Source: Octopus bimaculoides
Lineage: Eukaryota
Reading direction: 5' to 3'
NCBI RefSeq assembly: GCF_001194135.2
Contig: NC_068999.1
Location: 2,804,355-2,853,539, forward strand
Length of the DNA: 49,185 nucleotides
Shown here: positions 23,592 through 35,575 of the stretch, piece after piece
How the letters are laid out: every line of letters starts with the position of its first letter
Numbering within the stretch: the stretch's first letter is position 1
Notes under the pieces: generated by a model
Seen by the model: only the letters and a program-made list of their open reading frames with translations
Told to the model about the DNA's origin: nothing
The model's database searches: none
Program-made: the position numbers and the translations under genes

Positions 23592-24939
23592 TTTAATCTT
23601 ATTTGCTGCTAAGATTAATTTAATTGCTAATTCTACTGGCCACAACCCCTCCCTCCACCCTACCGCACATCTCCCGGCGGACAACAGCAAAACACACACA
23701 CACACACATTTTCTATACACACAGGATTCAGTTGAAGATTCACACGTACACACACACACACACGCACACACACACACACATACGCACACTAATACATACC
23801 CATATCTCACAAACACACGCATACATACGCGCTCATACCACACACACACACACACACCGCAGCCTTTTACTGTTTATTAACTATCAAACGAACGTAATCT
23901 TATTACTCTTGCACCATACACAGCTGTCGGCACACANNNNNNNNNNNNNNNNNNNNNNNNNNNNNNNNNNNNNNNNNNNNNNNNNNNNNNNNNNNNNNNN
24001 NNNNNNNNNNNNNNNNNNNNNNNNNNNNNNNNNNNNNNNNNNNNNNNNNNNNNNNNNNNNNNNNNNNNNNNNNNNNNNNNNNNNNNNNNNNNNNNNNNNN
24101 NNNNNNNNNNNNNNNNNNNNNNNNNNNNNNNNNNNNNNNNNNNNNNNNNNNNNNNNNNNNNNNNNNNNNNNNNNNNNNNNNNNNNNNNNNNNNNNNNNNN
24201 NNNNNNNNNNNNNNNNNNNNNNNNNNNNNNNNNNNNNNNNNNNNNNNNNNNNNNNNNTATATATATATATATATATATATATATCTGTATATATATATAT
24301 ATACGGGTATATATATATATATATGTGTGTATATATATGTGTGTGCGTGCGTGTTACGTACACACCTAAACGTGCACAGCTACGTATAGAAAGCCATACA
24401 CATACATATACATTCCGATTCACATACACAATAACACACATACGTATGCATGCGTGTACATATGTTCACCCGCATACATACGTAAGTACATACCCAAACA
24501 CACACACACATACACACACACACACATACACACATCTCACACAGTCCGGTCAATTTAAGTAATTTATTAATAAATCCATTATACATTAACAGTTTCAAAT
24601 GAAGACAAATGTTTTAAAGCGACAATAGAAATTTTCACAATAAACCTGTTATTGTTTTCACATAAAGAACATAGAAGAGACATTAAAATGCTTCACACCA
24701 TCGCCACCGCCGTCCTACTCCGCCTCGGACTGTCCGCCATATTGCTTGCTCCTCTCTGTCGACCAATCAGTGTGAAATAAAGTCACAACTAAAAGTTTAC
24801 ACAAATCGTTATTGCCTAATGTATAATGTTGTCTCAATTTTGAAAATATTCTCTGATCAAAGCCATTCATTTATTCATTGATTACACCTGCTTTTCGTTT
24901 TGATATTGTTTTCTATCACATCGTTCAAACAAGCAATCA

Positions 24940-25395
24940 CCACCATCGCAAACACAACCATCGCCGCCGCCGCCGTCGACACCACCGCCGCCGTCGACAC
25001 CACCGCCACCACCGCCGCTATCGCCGTCGACACCACCATCACCTCCAGCAGCACCATCACCACAACTACCATCATCATTACCATCATCACTTCCTTCGCC
25101 ACCGCCACCACCAACGATCTGATCGCCATCACCATCGCCACTANNNNNNNNNNNNNNNNNNNNNNNNNNNNNNNNNNNNNNNNNNNNNNNNNNNNNNNNN
25201 NNNNNNNNNNNNNNNNNNNNNNNNNNNNNNNCCACACTACAACTTCCGCCGCTACTCCACCACCCCCACTAACACGCCACCCTACACTACCACTATCTCT
25301 AGTACCATCAACGCCACTACTTCTATAGCCACAGCACCACAACCACCACAACTACCACCACCACCACCACCACTGCTACCGCCATCACCGCCCCC
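24940..25395. repeat. (ACC/GCC)n-rich low-complexity tract interrupted by a gap
   Basis: Degenerate trinucleotide repeats. Similar tracts occur at ~21030-21120, 23160-23290 and 33600-33690. Confidence 0.85.
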
Positions 25396-25597
25396 GCTAA
25401 TATTCAATGATGAAATAATATTCTGCAATATATAACCGTTTGGACATTGGAAATGTTCTTCGATTAGCAGCGACGAAATGGCACTTTGAAACAAATGCAC
25501 TGAAAGAGAATTGTTGTGGAAAACCTAACCACCATTTTCTTCACACTGTCAACCAGGCTTCTGTCAGCCATTATGGGAAATGCGAATCTGTACTCAC

Positions 25598-25655
25598 CTT
25601 TTTGCATTTGACTCTCTTGTTTTCGACACTTAGCTCGGCGGTTCTGGAACCAGAC
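25598..25655 (-). CDS. Shox: Shox 58-bp exon: homeodomain helix 3 (Q50) and flanking residues
   Basis: tctttacag|GTC TGG TTC CAG AAC CGC CGA GCT AAG TGT CGA AAA CAA GAG AGT CAA ATG CAA AAA G|gtgagt translates as [19 protein letters not shown](+G). Human SHOX has [19 protein letters not shown] in a 58-bp, phase 0 to phase 1 exon. The exon is too short to appear in the ORF track. Confidence 0.97.
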
Positions 25656-26067
25656 CTGTAAAGATATTCACATTATTACAGTGGGCCTCGTGTAAATAAC
25701 CCCAACTTTCAGATTTCCAGCTAAACTTAATTTATCTGTTTATTCCAGCACATTGCTGCCTTTATTAAATTAGCTTCAGTTTTTCTTTCAAATTTCTTTG
25801 TGTGTCTAATCGAGCCTCGTGGCTGATACCCAGTTGGTCAATTGCATTAGTGGCATCGTTCACGCATCCTGCTGCAGATTGCCAATGTTAACACGACTAA
25901 TCCCAGATGGGTTGTTGCCAGTGTGAATGTACAGTGTAGTGTGTGAAATTTCAATTTGACGATAGTTGTATAACAGGAGAGGAGATTGTTTGAGTGAGTG
26001 CCTGCCGACGTCCGACTCATTATAGGCTTGCAAGGAAATTAAACAACACAAACAACGACGACAACCC

Positions 26068-26068
26068 C

Positions 26069-26127
<59 letters not shown>

Positions 26128-26128
26128 C
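26068..26128. repeat. (CAA)n microsatellite
   Basis: Seen directly. Confidence 0.95.
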
Positions 26129-26701
26129 CAACAGAATTGCGACTGCAACAACAAAAAGATGGATGAACGCACATTTTTGTCGTTTTATGTCGTTTATTTT
26201 TTATTCTCTCCATGGACGAATGTTATTTAGGGTAAAGAGAGAAAATATAGTCACAGAAAGATAATAAAGGGACAGTGGAGGACAGAGTAAGAGAGGAAGG
26301 GTCTGATGTGGACCCTATAAACTACTGTGGCTGTAAATGAACGTTTAAGGGTCATTCGAATAGTTTTCCTGTAATTCAGTAAAAAGGAAAAAAAAAATCT
26401 ATCTTACCGCCCCACCCCCAATTACTGTCAGAAAAAATTGTCTCTTCAACTCATCATACAACGTTGAGTTCTAAGATATACAACATTAAGCGAGGTGATG
26501 TGGAGGCATGCATACAAGAACGGACATAAATCAGAAGTTTAGCATTTTTAGGGAAGAAGAATGTTGAGTAATTCCTTTTGGATCGTTAAATATGTTGTCT
26601 CCTGGGCTGGGGAGTTAACCTGGTGATGTTCATCCATCTCCACGTTATTGACTACGGACAAATTTCAAGTGAGAAGACAAGTGTGACAACAGAACTTGTA
26701 A

Positions 26702-26926
26702 TGTAACACCACTCAAATGTGAAGTGTAACAGAAAAGTAACAGACCAACATGTAACACCACTCAATTGTGGAGAGTAACACAAGAGTAACAAACTAATTT
26801 ATAACACCACTCAAATGTGGAGGGTAACAGAAGAGTAAAAGACTAACTTGTAACACCACTCAAATGTGGAGTGTAACAGAAGAGTAACAGACCAATTTGT
26901 AATACCACTCAAATGTGTTTTTGATG
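26702..26926. repeat. 49-bp minisatellite, ~4.6 copies
   Basis: Unit tgtaacaccactcaaatgtggagtgtaacagaagagtaacagaccaatt, with starts at 26702, 26751, 26800, 26849 and 26898. Confidence 0.95.
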
Positions 26927-26969
26927 TGACAACAACGACTGTTGTAACATGACATGATGTCGTATGTCA

Positions 26970-27230
26970 AAGAAGTAACTGCGTATGAGATAGTGAGACA
27001 TGTGTTTGTGGCTACATGTAATAGTGTGACGCAGATGTGACTGTGTACGAGATAGCGTGACATGTAACTGTAGCTATAAATAATTCAGTGCATCAAAGAT
27101 GTGACTGTAACGTTAATGTAAGTTAGCTATACAATACGGTGTGTCAGAGATGTAGCTGTATGAGACAGTGGACACGTGACTGTAACTTTATAAGATAGTG
27201 CGACACAGATGTAACTGTAGGCGTAATAGA
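26970..27230. repeat. Highly degenerate ~60-bp tandem repeat
   Basis: Recurrent agatgtgactgt..gagatag..gacatgtaactgtagctata modules at roughly 60-bp spacing. Confidence 0.6.
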
Positions 27231-28084
27231 TGCTGCCATAGGACATGTTTCTCTGATTTAAACTTTAACCGACATAAAGTTTCCGCTGCTTTAAATCACG
27301 TTTGAGTTCAAATTTCACCCGAACCTTCCTGTGACAGGAAACTCTAGTCAATAATATGGACTCAAATGTAATACAGTCGACTCCATTGGTCGGTGGTGGT
27401 GGTCATGGGTGAGTAAACTTCTCATTTTAATTAAATGCCTAGCTTCATTTCGTATATTGGCTAATTACTAATTTAAACTAGAGAGAGAGGAAGGGTGAGA
27501 GAGATGAGGGTAAGAGAGTGAAAGAAAGAGAAAAAAAAATAAGGGAGAGAGAGGGGGGCAGGGGGTGTAAATGTAATCAATTAAAACAATTAAAAAGCCT
27601 GTGTGCAAGAATTGTTAATTTCCATTTGAAGTTTAATGTGATCAACACTTTACCTTAAGTGGACGTTTTCGCAGAGTTTTCATTGCAAATTTTGTCACAA
27701 TTAATTGTTTATTTAATCAATATTTTGCTTTTTAATTTAAACTAATTATTGTTTCATTATATCACCAGAAGACTCTCTCTTTCTCTCACACACACACTCA
27801 CTCCCTCTTTCATTCCCTCTCACTCCCTCCCTCTCTCATTTCCCCTCTCTCGATCTACATACAACAGTGTCCAGGCTCTTTCTCACCTTCTTCCCTTCTC
27901 TCTCTCTCCCCCTCTCTCTCGTCAGCATCTTCAAAACACAGTTTCAATGTTTTACCGATTCGCAAAAAATCATTACAAAACACATTTTTCCTTCTCAAAT
28001 CAAATGTCTAATTTATTAATGAGTTTAGTTTAAAAAAATTAGCAAGATTTAAGTCATTGTACGACTTTTAAAGTATTTATGCTG

Positions 28085-28276
<192 letters not shown>

Positions 28277-29059
28277 TGAATAAGTATCGATTATACAAAA
28301 ACAGTTCCAATCAATTTTAATGAGAGACCAATCAACTTAATTATTTTGACCATCTTTGAAAATTTGACAGCAATTCCAAGCACGTGAGGAGGGCATTATG
28401 TCCAGATGTATAATGTCCACTGGGTACCTCTAATAAATGTAGGTAATGGTCAGATGGTCTGAACCTAATGTCTCTCTTTGTTTGGATTGTGGTCGAATTA
28501 AATAGATGTAGCCATTGGTCAGCTAGTCTGTTGTTGGTATTATGGCCATGCAGTTGAAAGGAAACACTGTCCAAATTCTGGCCATTGACTACATCTTTTG
28601 ACCTTAACTACAACCCAAACAAAAGTAAATAGGACCAGGCTGTCTGACCATTGGCAATAACTTTTTACTTTGGCCATTTCAATTACATTTTCAGATATTG
28701 TTTCAACCGGAAGTAATTATTTTTGTAGATTTTTTACAACAGAAAAGACTAACATATACAATTGTCTGATAAACATACACAAACATATACATACATATAT
28801 GCATAAATACATAAACACAGCTGTTGGGAGAGTTTCCACGTGGTCGTTCGACTTTCGGGAATAGAAACTAAATCCCCGTCAACTCACATCACACCATCTA
28901 AAAAACTGACATATAGACTAGTGTATTCCTAGATACATTATGTCTAAAAATAAACAGGGTTAGAATGCCTTCATTATAGATTTGCTCTGTCACAAAAGAT
29001 CTGGGACTATACAAGAACATATACAGCTATACATAAACTCATACATACATGCGCATACC

Positions 29060-29640
29060 TAGTCGTACTAATACGCGTGCACACGATGTACAGTGGCAGA
29101 GATAGATGTCAGAGGTGTGTAGGGATGGCTCTAGTAAGAGGACAAAGGGTAGGAGGCGTCGAAAGCAGATATGTGAGGGTAATGAGTGATGGCAGATAAG
29201 AGAAGTTGTTAATGATAAGGTAATAGCAGTAGGAAGATGTATCTCAGGGAGGCAGAGAAAGAGGTGGTTGGTGGAAAATAAAATGGGAGAGGATGATATT
29301 GAGAAAGAGGAAATGGTCTTGAAAGGAAGTGGTCCCAAGGAGAGGGGAGGTAACTGGTAGCATAAATATGGATGAAGGAAGTACATATTCTACTTTCATA
29401 TGATTATACTCACTGAATAGGTGCGTCGTTAGGAGAGAGGAGGGATGAGTGTTAGGAAGATGAGAGGCGAGGACAGAGTGAGTAAAATGGCAAGGTCCAG
29501 TGAGTACATAGTCATAAACATAATGCTTTTGGGACTCCAGTTTCGTCGAGGCGGACGGGTCTTCTCGAGCACAGTGAAGTCATCTCAATCCTTTGTCTTC
29601 TCCTCTGAGGTGCAATATCCTGGAGGTCAGACTATCATAT
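29060..29640 (-). mobile_element. Possible decayed LINE 3' fragment (unclassified)
   Basis: Strongly purine-biased, non-microsatellite block with no clean ORF. Resemblance to CR1/Jockey C-termini is weak. Confidence 0.25.
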
Positions 29641-29911
29641 AGCACTGCTAGTCATGCTCAAGCATCGTAAACTCAAGACACCCAGCTTTGGTCTGGTGAT
29701 GGTGGTGACGACAAAGGCTGCTACCCAACAACCACAATCTTCCAACCCGGTTAACATTGACGTAATTTTGCTCTCAAAGTTTGATTCAACATGAACGTAT
29801 AGCAGCAGACACTTCCGCCAAGCTTTCGTACTGTAGAACTGAACCAGAGACCCCACGATTACGCAACGAACTTCTTAGCCACACGACTATATCTGTTCAC
29901 ACACACACACA

Positions 29912-29949
<38 letters not shown>

Positions 29950-30041
29950 CATACATGCATACACACATGCACATACACACACATACACACATATATGTGC
30001 ATGCATGCTTGTGTGCGTGTGTGTGAGCGTGCGTGCGTGCA

Positions 30042-30110
<69 letters not shown>

Positions 30111-32351
30111 TTCTGAGTCTATTGTACGAGTGTAGAGGTTATCGCTATTGTTATGTATTTCATAAAATTCCCGAATGGTTGACTGGGAAGTTCCCATTGA
30201 TAATGAGAAACATCCTTCCACTAGGCCCTCCCCCACCCCCCATAACCGTGCTACATCATCCAATGAACGTGTTTGTTCCTTACTGAACGCCATAATTGAA
30301 CTGCTTCCAGTTTAAACGCAAAACTCGCTGGAAACGGTAAAACCACTCTCTACAGTCAATAGCTTCATTTTCTTTCTCTTTTTATCTTCTTTCGCTACGA
30401 AGAAGAAAAATCGCAAGAATTTAGTGTGTTGCTGTCAAACACAATAGTTTTAATCTGATTGGAGCTCAAATACAGTGGCAGAACGATCACCAAGCGCCTG
30501 GACAACAGTTATCCTTCTTTTAAATGAAATTAATGATTTTGATAAGAAAAGCCATCGCGAAATAACTTTATTAAATTAGTTGAAAATAAGGAGACAACTT
30601 ATATAGATTTAATATCGATAAATAGACGGTGTTGATTTTAAACCAATACAGAAATACGTCTATAATTGAATTTATTAAGTAGAAGAGTGAACCCACATTA
30701 AGATATATCACCAGATTACTATATTAGCGTTTCCCCTAGAGACAGGCGAAGCGAAAGAAAGGATCTAGAGAACTGCTGAAATGTGTTGTGAGCAGCGCTC
30801 TTACGTACGATCGACCGCCAACATGCCTCAGCCACTCGCAAAGCGTGCTGTAGCTTCCTTTTTGCATTTCTTTAAATCGTCCAATTAACATTCTAATTGC
30901 AGAATTATTTGAGGCGATTATTTAATATTTTCCTAACGGAGCATTAATCATGGCTCGCACGAAGTAGCTTTTCTCTTCAGCCGAACGCCTCTTGCAGACT
31001 CATGGACGTTGCTAGCTGTCATGGCGGAGAGTGAACGACGGACAGACGATGGGAGGTGCGGGGAGAGTAAGAGTAGAAGGAGAGTAACCGTTGATTGATT
31101 GCGCAGTAGTTTTATTCTGACAACATATAATATCAGATATAATTTTTGTGTATGTCGTCAACAGTACATATTTTAATATTAGCAATAAAGTAATGTTGCT
31201 GAGCTGTTGTATTTATTTCATTTATTTATTTATTTATTGTGTCATTCTGCGCGGGTTTGGACGAGAGGACAGTCCCGTGAAAGTGTGACAGTGGTGACAA
31301 ACTCTGTTACATTTTATTAGCTCTGACACCCACTTTCACCGACTGCGTCGTCTGTCATTGGAGTGTCAACGCGTTACCTGTTTCAAACCCTAGTCTTTCT
31401 CCCTTTCGGCTTCGTGCCAACTCTGGGACTATCAAACACAAATAAAGCAAGGATATTCTAAAATTCTGCACATTGCCGCGCGAAGTCAAGGCTTGGATGT
31501 GACTATGCATGTGTATATATATACGCATGTGTGTATGTACGTACGTACGTACGTACGTACGTACGTATGTATGTATGTATGTATGTATGTACGTATGTAT
31601 GTATGTATGTATGTATGTATGTATGTATGTATGTATCTATCTTCGCTTTTAATTTACTGAATTCTTCCTTAGAGAAGGATTTGGTTTCTAAGAAACGAAG
31701 CTCGATCGTTAAAGTTTGGATAACAAGAACGCTTTTATATATCGAACTTTTGGAAAGTCTTGGATATTTATGAAGTTCGTATTAGCCGCTCTCTTTCTTT
31801 GCTCAAAAATCCTAGCTTCTTCAGACGGAGACTTAAGCATTTACTGACACCATTAAGAGTGCCACTGATTATTGGTTTGTTTCTAGAGAAGTTGAACGTT
31901 TTGAAGTAGTCGTCCAAAAGTATTCTCTTCATCTGCAGAGTATCTGTCCATTCTCTATGACTACATATTTTTTTCTGTCCAAAAAAACATCAAGTCTGTC
32001 ATATTCGGCAGAAGTTTTGATGGGAATATCCATTTCAGTTCTCCTTGTCCTGAAAGATATACATCTATTGGCAGCGGAAATACTTTCTATAAATTTATTT
32101 GATGGTAATAAATTATCATAACTAAACACATTGATATTAGCTTCTCTAAATATGGCCTTGGATATTGGCCGTATAGGAAGGTAGGATCTTAATAACGTTT
32201 TTGATGGAGTAACTGCTGATCCCATGCACAATGTCATTAACAGAAATGTGACACTTTCGGTTGTGCCTTGGTACCTTAAGGGTTTCGCTGTCGCTTTTGT
32301 CCACTTGGGATTTAGCAATGACTATCTCTTGTTTTGAATAATAAAGAAAGT

Positions 32352-32584
32352 GACGGCGAGCTGGCAGAATCGTTAGCGCGCCGGGCGAAATGCTTAGCGG
32401 TATTTCGTCTGCCGTTACGTTCTGAGTTCAAATTCCGCCGAGGTCGACTTTGCCTTTCATCCTTTCGGGGTCGATAAATTAAGTACCAGTTACGCACTGG
32501 GGTCGATGTAATCGACTTAATCCGTTCGTCTGTTCTTGTTTGTTCCCTCTATGTTTAGCCCCTTGTGGGCAATAACGAAATAGG
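32352..32584 (+). mobile_element. tRNA-derived SINE family A, full length, tail type 1
   Basis: ggcgagctggcagaatcgttagc (A box), ttctgagttcaaattccgccgagg (B box), core gtcgactttgcctttcatcctttcggggtcgataaa..ctggggtcgatgtaatcgact, tail ..ttagccccttgtgggcaataa. It resembles octopus OK/OR-type SINEs (from recall). Confidence 0.9.
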
Positions 32585-32734
32585 TATGACGGTCACGAAT
32601 CGAAGAGAGGTTGAACTTCATGGCAATATTATTGGCATACACACATACACACACACACACACACACATATATATATGCATATATATNNNNNNNNNNNNNN
32701 NNNNNNNNNNNNNNNNNNNNNNNNNNNNNNNNNN

Positions 32735-32795
<61 letters not shown>

Positions 32796-32859
32796 ACTTA
32801 CATATACAAATATATGTATATATATATACATATATACACACACACAAATACACACTTGC

Positions 32860-32891
<32 letters not shown>

Positions 32892-33280
32892 ATAGCAGTA
32901 ACATACAGACAAGTATTCTTAAATATTTTATGGTACCAATACAAAGGCGAATATGTTGAATACTTGTTAAATAGTGTATATAGAAGAGAATAATATATAT
33001 ACAGACAGGTGAGGGTGTTTAATAGAGACCTGAACAGACATGATGACGAAAACTGGAGAAATTGATGTTTGGAGAGAAACCATTCTGACTTTCAGTTTAA
33101 ATAGAGGAATATACTTTCTCCTTTAACTCTGAAGACCTTTTACAGAAACAGGAATCAGAAACGATTTTGAATACATTTCTGATGTTTTTCTGATTATCCA
33201 AATGTATTATCAGAGACGTTCTATCCATGAACATCCTGTCTTATGGTACTCAGGAACACTGCTTTGTCTAATGTGTCATT

Positions 33281-33498
33281 AAGGCGGCGAGCTGGCAGAA
33301 TCGTTAGCACGCCGGACGAAATGCTTAGCGATATTTCGCTCGTGGCTACGTTCTGAGTTCAAATTCCGTCGAGGTCGACTTTATCTTTCATCCTTTCGGG
33401 GTCGATAAATTAAGGACCAGTGAAACACTGGGGTCGATGTAATCGACTCATCTCCTCCCCCAAAATGGCTGCCCCTGGGGCAAAATTTCAAACCATTA
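33281..33498 (+). mobile_element. SINE family A, full length, tail type 2
   Basis: Same head and core as the 32352 copy. Tail tctcctcccccaaaatggctgcccctggggcaaaatttcaaaccatta. Confidence 0.92.
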
Positions 33499-35215
33499 AG
33501 ATAGTAAATTGTTTCTAATGGTTGTCATTTGCGGTGTTAATGCAGGTGAGGGCAATGTTGGATGTGCTATCGAGGACGGTTATAATGGTAGTTGATGTTT
33601 GTGAGGTGGTGGTGGTGGTGGTGGTAGTTATTGTGGTAATGGTGGTAATGGTGATGGTTGTGGTGGTGGTGATAGCTGTGGTGGTGGTAGCGAAGTATAT
33701 CTATGAAGAATGCGATATGCAAAGGAACCTGGTCAAATCGATATCGTCGACACATTTGAATGCTATCGTTGGCACTCTGCTGGTTCTTATTTAACCGTTT
33801 GTCTCTCACAACGGAGCCTTCCTTTTTAAGATAGGTACTATGAAGAGGTACAATCCTTCGACACTTTAACATCAGTGCTGCATTTAAAACTTACTGTGTA
33901 CACAGAGAAACTGCTTCGATATATTTTGTCTTGAACCACAACATAAAGAAAAACCCTTCCCCGGGTTAGGAAACATTACTTTGGCGAACATTTATCCGGC
34001 ATTCTTAACATTTAGCCTCTTAAGATCTGCGAAATATTTGTTCTTTGACAAAGAAAAATTCAGGAGTAAAGGAAAGTACGGAAACCATGAAGAGATTGAC
34101 AGGAATAAACCAATAAGGAAGCTGGAGATTAGATCGATTTTCGGCTTAAAGGATATAAATTAACTGGTCAGGAACAGCAAGTCAAAATATATTACCCTTT
34201 GTCTGTGCAGTCTCCCCAATCGTCTCGACGTTTTCACTGATTCTCATCGATTTTCCCATGTGTTACAAGGAAATATTATCATTTTGTCGAAATTTCCTTT
34301 TCATTTGATAATAGTTTAATATAAATCATGCTATTATTATAACCACCAATGCATTTATTATAACCAGGAGTAACAAGAACGACGAATTCCTATCACTGTC
34401 ATGTGAAAATAGATTTTTTTCTTAAAGAAATTCTTCAATGCTGTCAAATTATTCCAGAAGTTTGTTTCCTATAATTCAAAATATATGAGAGAAAAAATAC
34501 AAATCGCCGAGTTAGCACTTTGCATGAAAACCCACCACCACCACCACCACTACCAATGTGGGGTGTTTATGAATTTTATATATAATTTATCATTACATGA
34601 AGATGAACGGTTATTTGAACGTTAAAAGACCTAATTGTGATTCTGTTTATCAATGCTATTTATAACGTTATATATATAATATTATAATATAGATATAATA
34701 TATTACAGTTACTGTCATATGATAATGGCGGCTGTCTATTTTCGTCACTGTAAGTAATACTACGTAAGGGGGCGCGCGCGCACACACACAATAATTACAA
34801 TTTTACTTTATTCAGATTTCGTGGTGTCTCAACAAAGGAAGAATAATGAAATGAATATTAATTTTTAAATCAAAATTATTTAAATTAATATAAAATTACA
34901 CAAAACAAATTTCTCATCTGCATATTTGTGGTATATATGATATCAATGACGAAAATATTAACTGCTAATTGATTTATAATGCAACTTTATCTGATATAAA
35001 CAACAAAAGCTGAAAATATTGACCCAACCATAATCGGTCACACGAGAGGTAACACGAGAGCGAAGACATATAAACACTAGTTAGTCCCGGAAGTAAGGTG
35101 GACCTTAGATGACCAGTGTTGTCTCCCTTTGGAGATGGACACGAAAAGAAAGACACACTGGCAATTTATATTAATTGGTGATATTTACAGAATGTCATTA
35201 ATTATCACCGACGTA

Positions 35216-35433
35216 AAGGCGGCGAGTTGGCAGAATCGTTAGCGCGCCGGACTAAATGCTTAGCGGCATTTCGTCCGTCGCTAGGTTCTGAGTTCACATT
35301 CCGCCGAGGTCGACTTTGCCTTTCATCCTTTCGGGGTCGATAAAATAAGTACCACTTGAACACTGGGGTCGATGTAATCGACTTTTCCCCTCCCCTAAAA
35401 TTTCTGCCCTTGTGGCAAAATTTCAAGCCATTA
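35216..35433 (+). mobile_element. SINE family A, full length, tail type 2, with target-site duplication
   Basis: Same head and core. It is flanked by cattaattatcaccgacg (35196-35213) and cattaattatcagcgacg (35429-35446), 17/18 identical. Confidence 0.93.
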
Positions 35434-35493
35434 ATTATCAGCGACGGAAGCAGTTTTAATACGAAAAGGTAATCTTTATATCCAACATAAAAT

Positions 35494-35575
35494 GTATATC
35501 TTATTAGAGTACTTTATTACTTGTTATATCTTATTAGAGTACTTTATATCTTATTAGAGTACTTTATTAGAGTAC
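35494..35575. repeat. 20-bp local tandem duplication (ttatatcttattagagtact), ~3.5 copies
   Basis: Seen directly. Confidence 0.85.

Larger units (their letters stand above)
14870..25597 (-). other. Shox: Shox intron (10,728 bp, GT-AG, phase 1)
   Basis: Donor AAG|gtgagt at 25598/25597 and acceptor ttcag| at 14870. The phase joins the two exons in frame. No intermediate exon is needed to match SHOX-family proteins. Confidence 0.85.

Noticed and set aside
24875-25435. His/Thr/Val/Gly-rich ORFs in several frames
   Set aside because: Degenerate (ACC/GCC)n tracts are open in multiple frames, and a gap runs through them. There is no splice or domain support.
23378-26926. 37-bp and 49-bp arrays as CRISPR-like repeats
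   Set aside because: The units are contiguous tandem copies with no unique spacers, there are no cas genes, and the context is eukaryotic.
31370-31435. Minus-strand ELARSRKGERLGFET|gtaacg as the missing homeodomain exon end
   Set aside because: Only RLG matches, and the spacing and phase do not fit ELSQRLGLSEARVQ|.
32352-35433. tRNA genes at the A-box/B-box sequences
   Set aside because: No cloverleaf or anticodon arm can be built. The heads continue into a shared non-tRNA core and tail, and one copy has a TSD, so these are SINEs.
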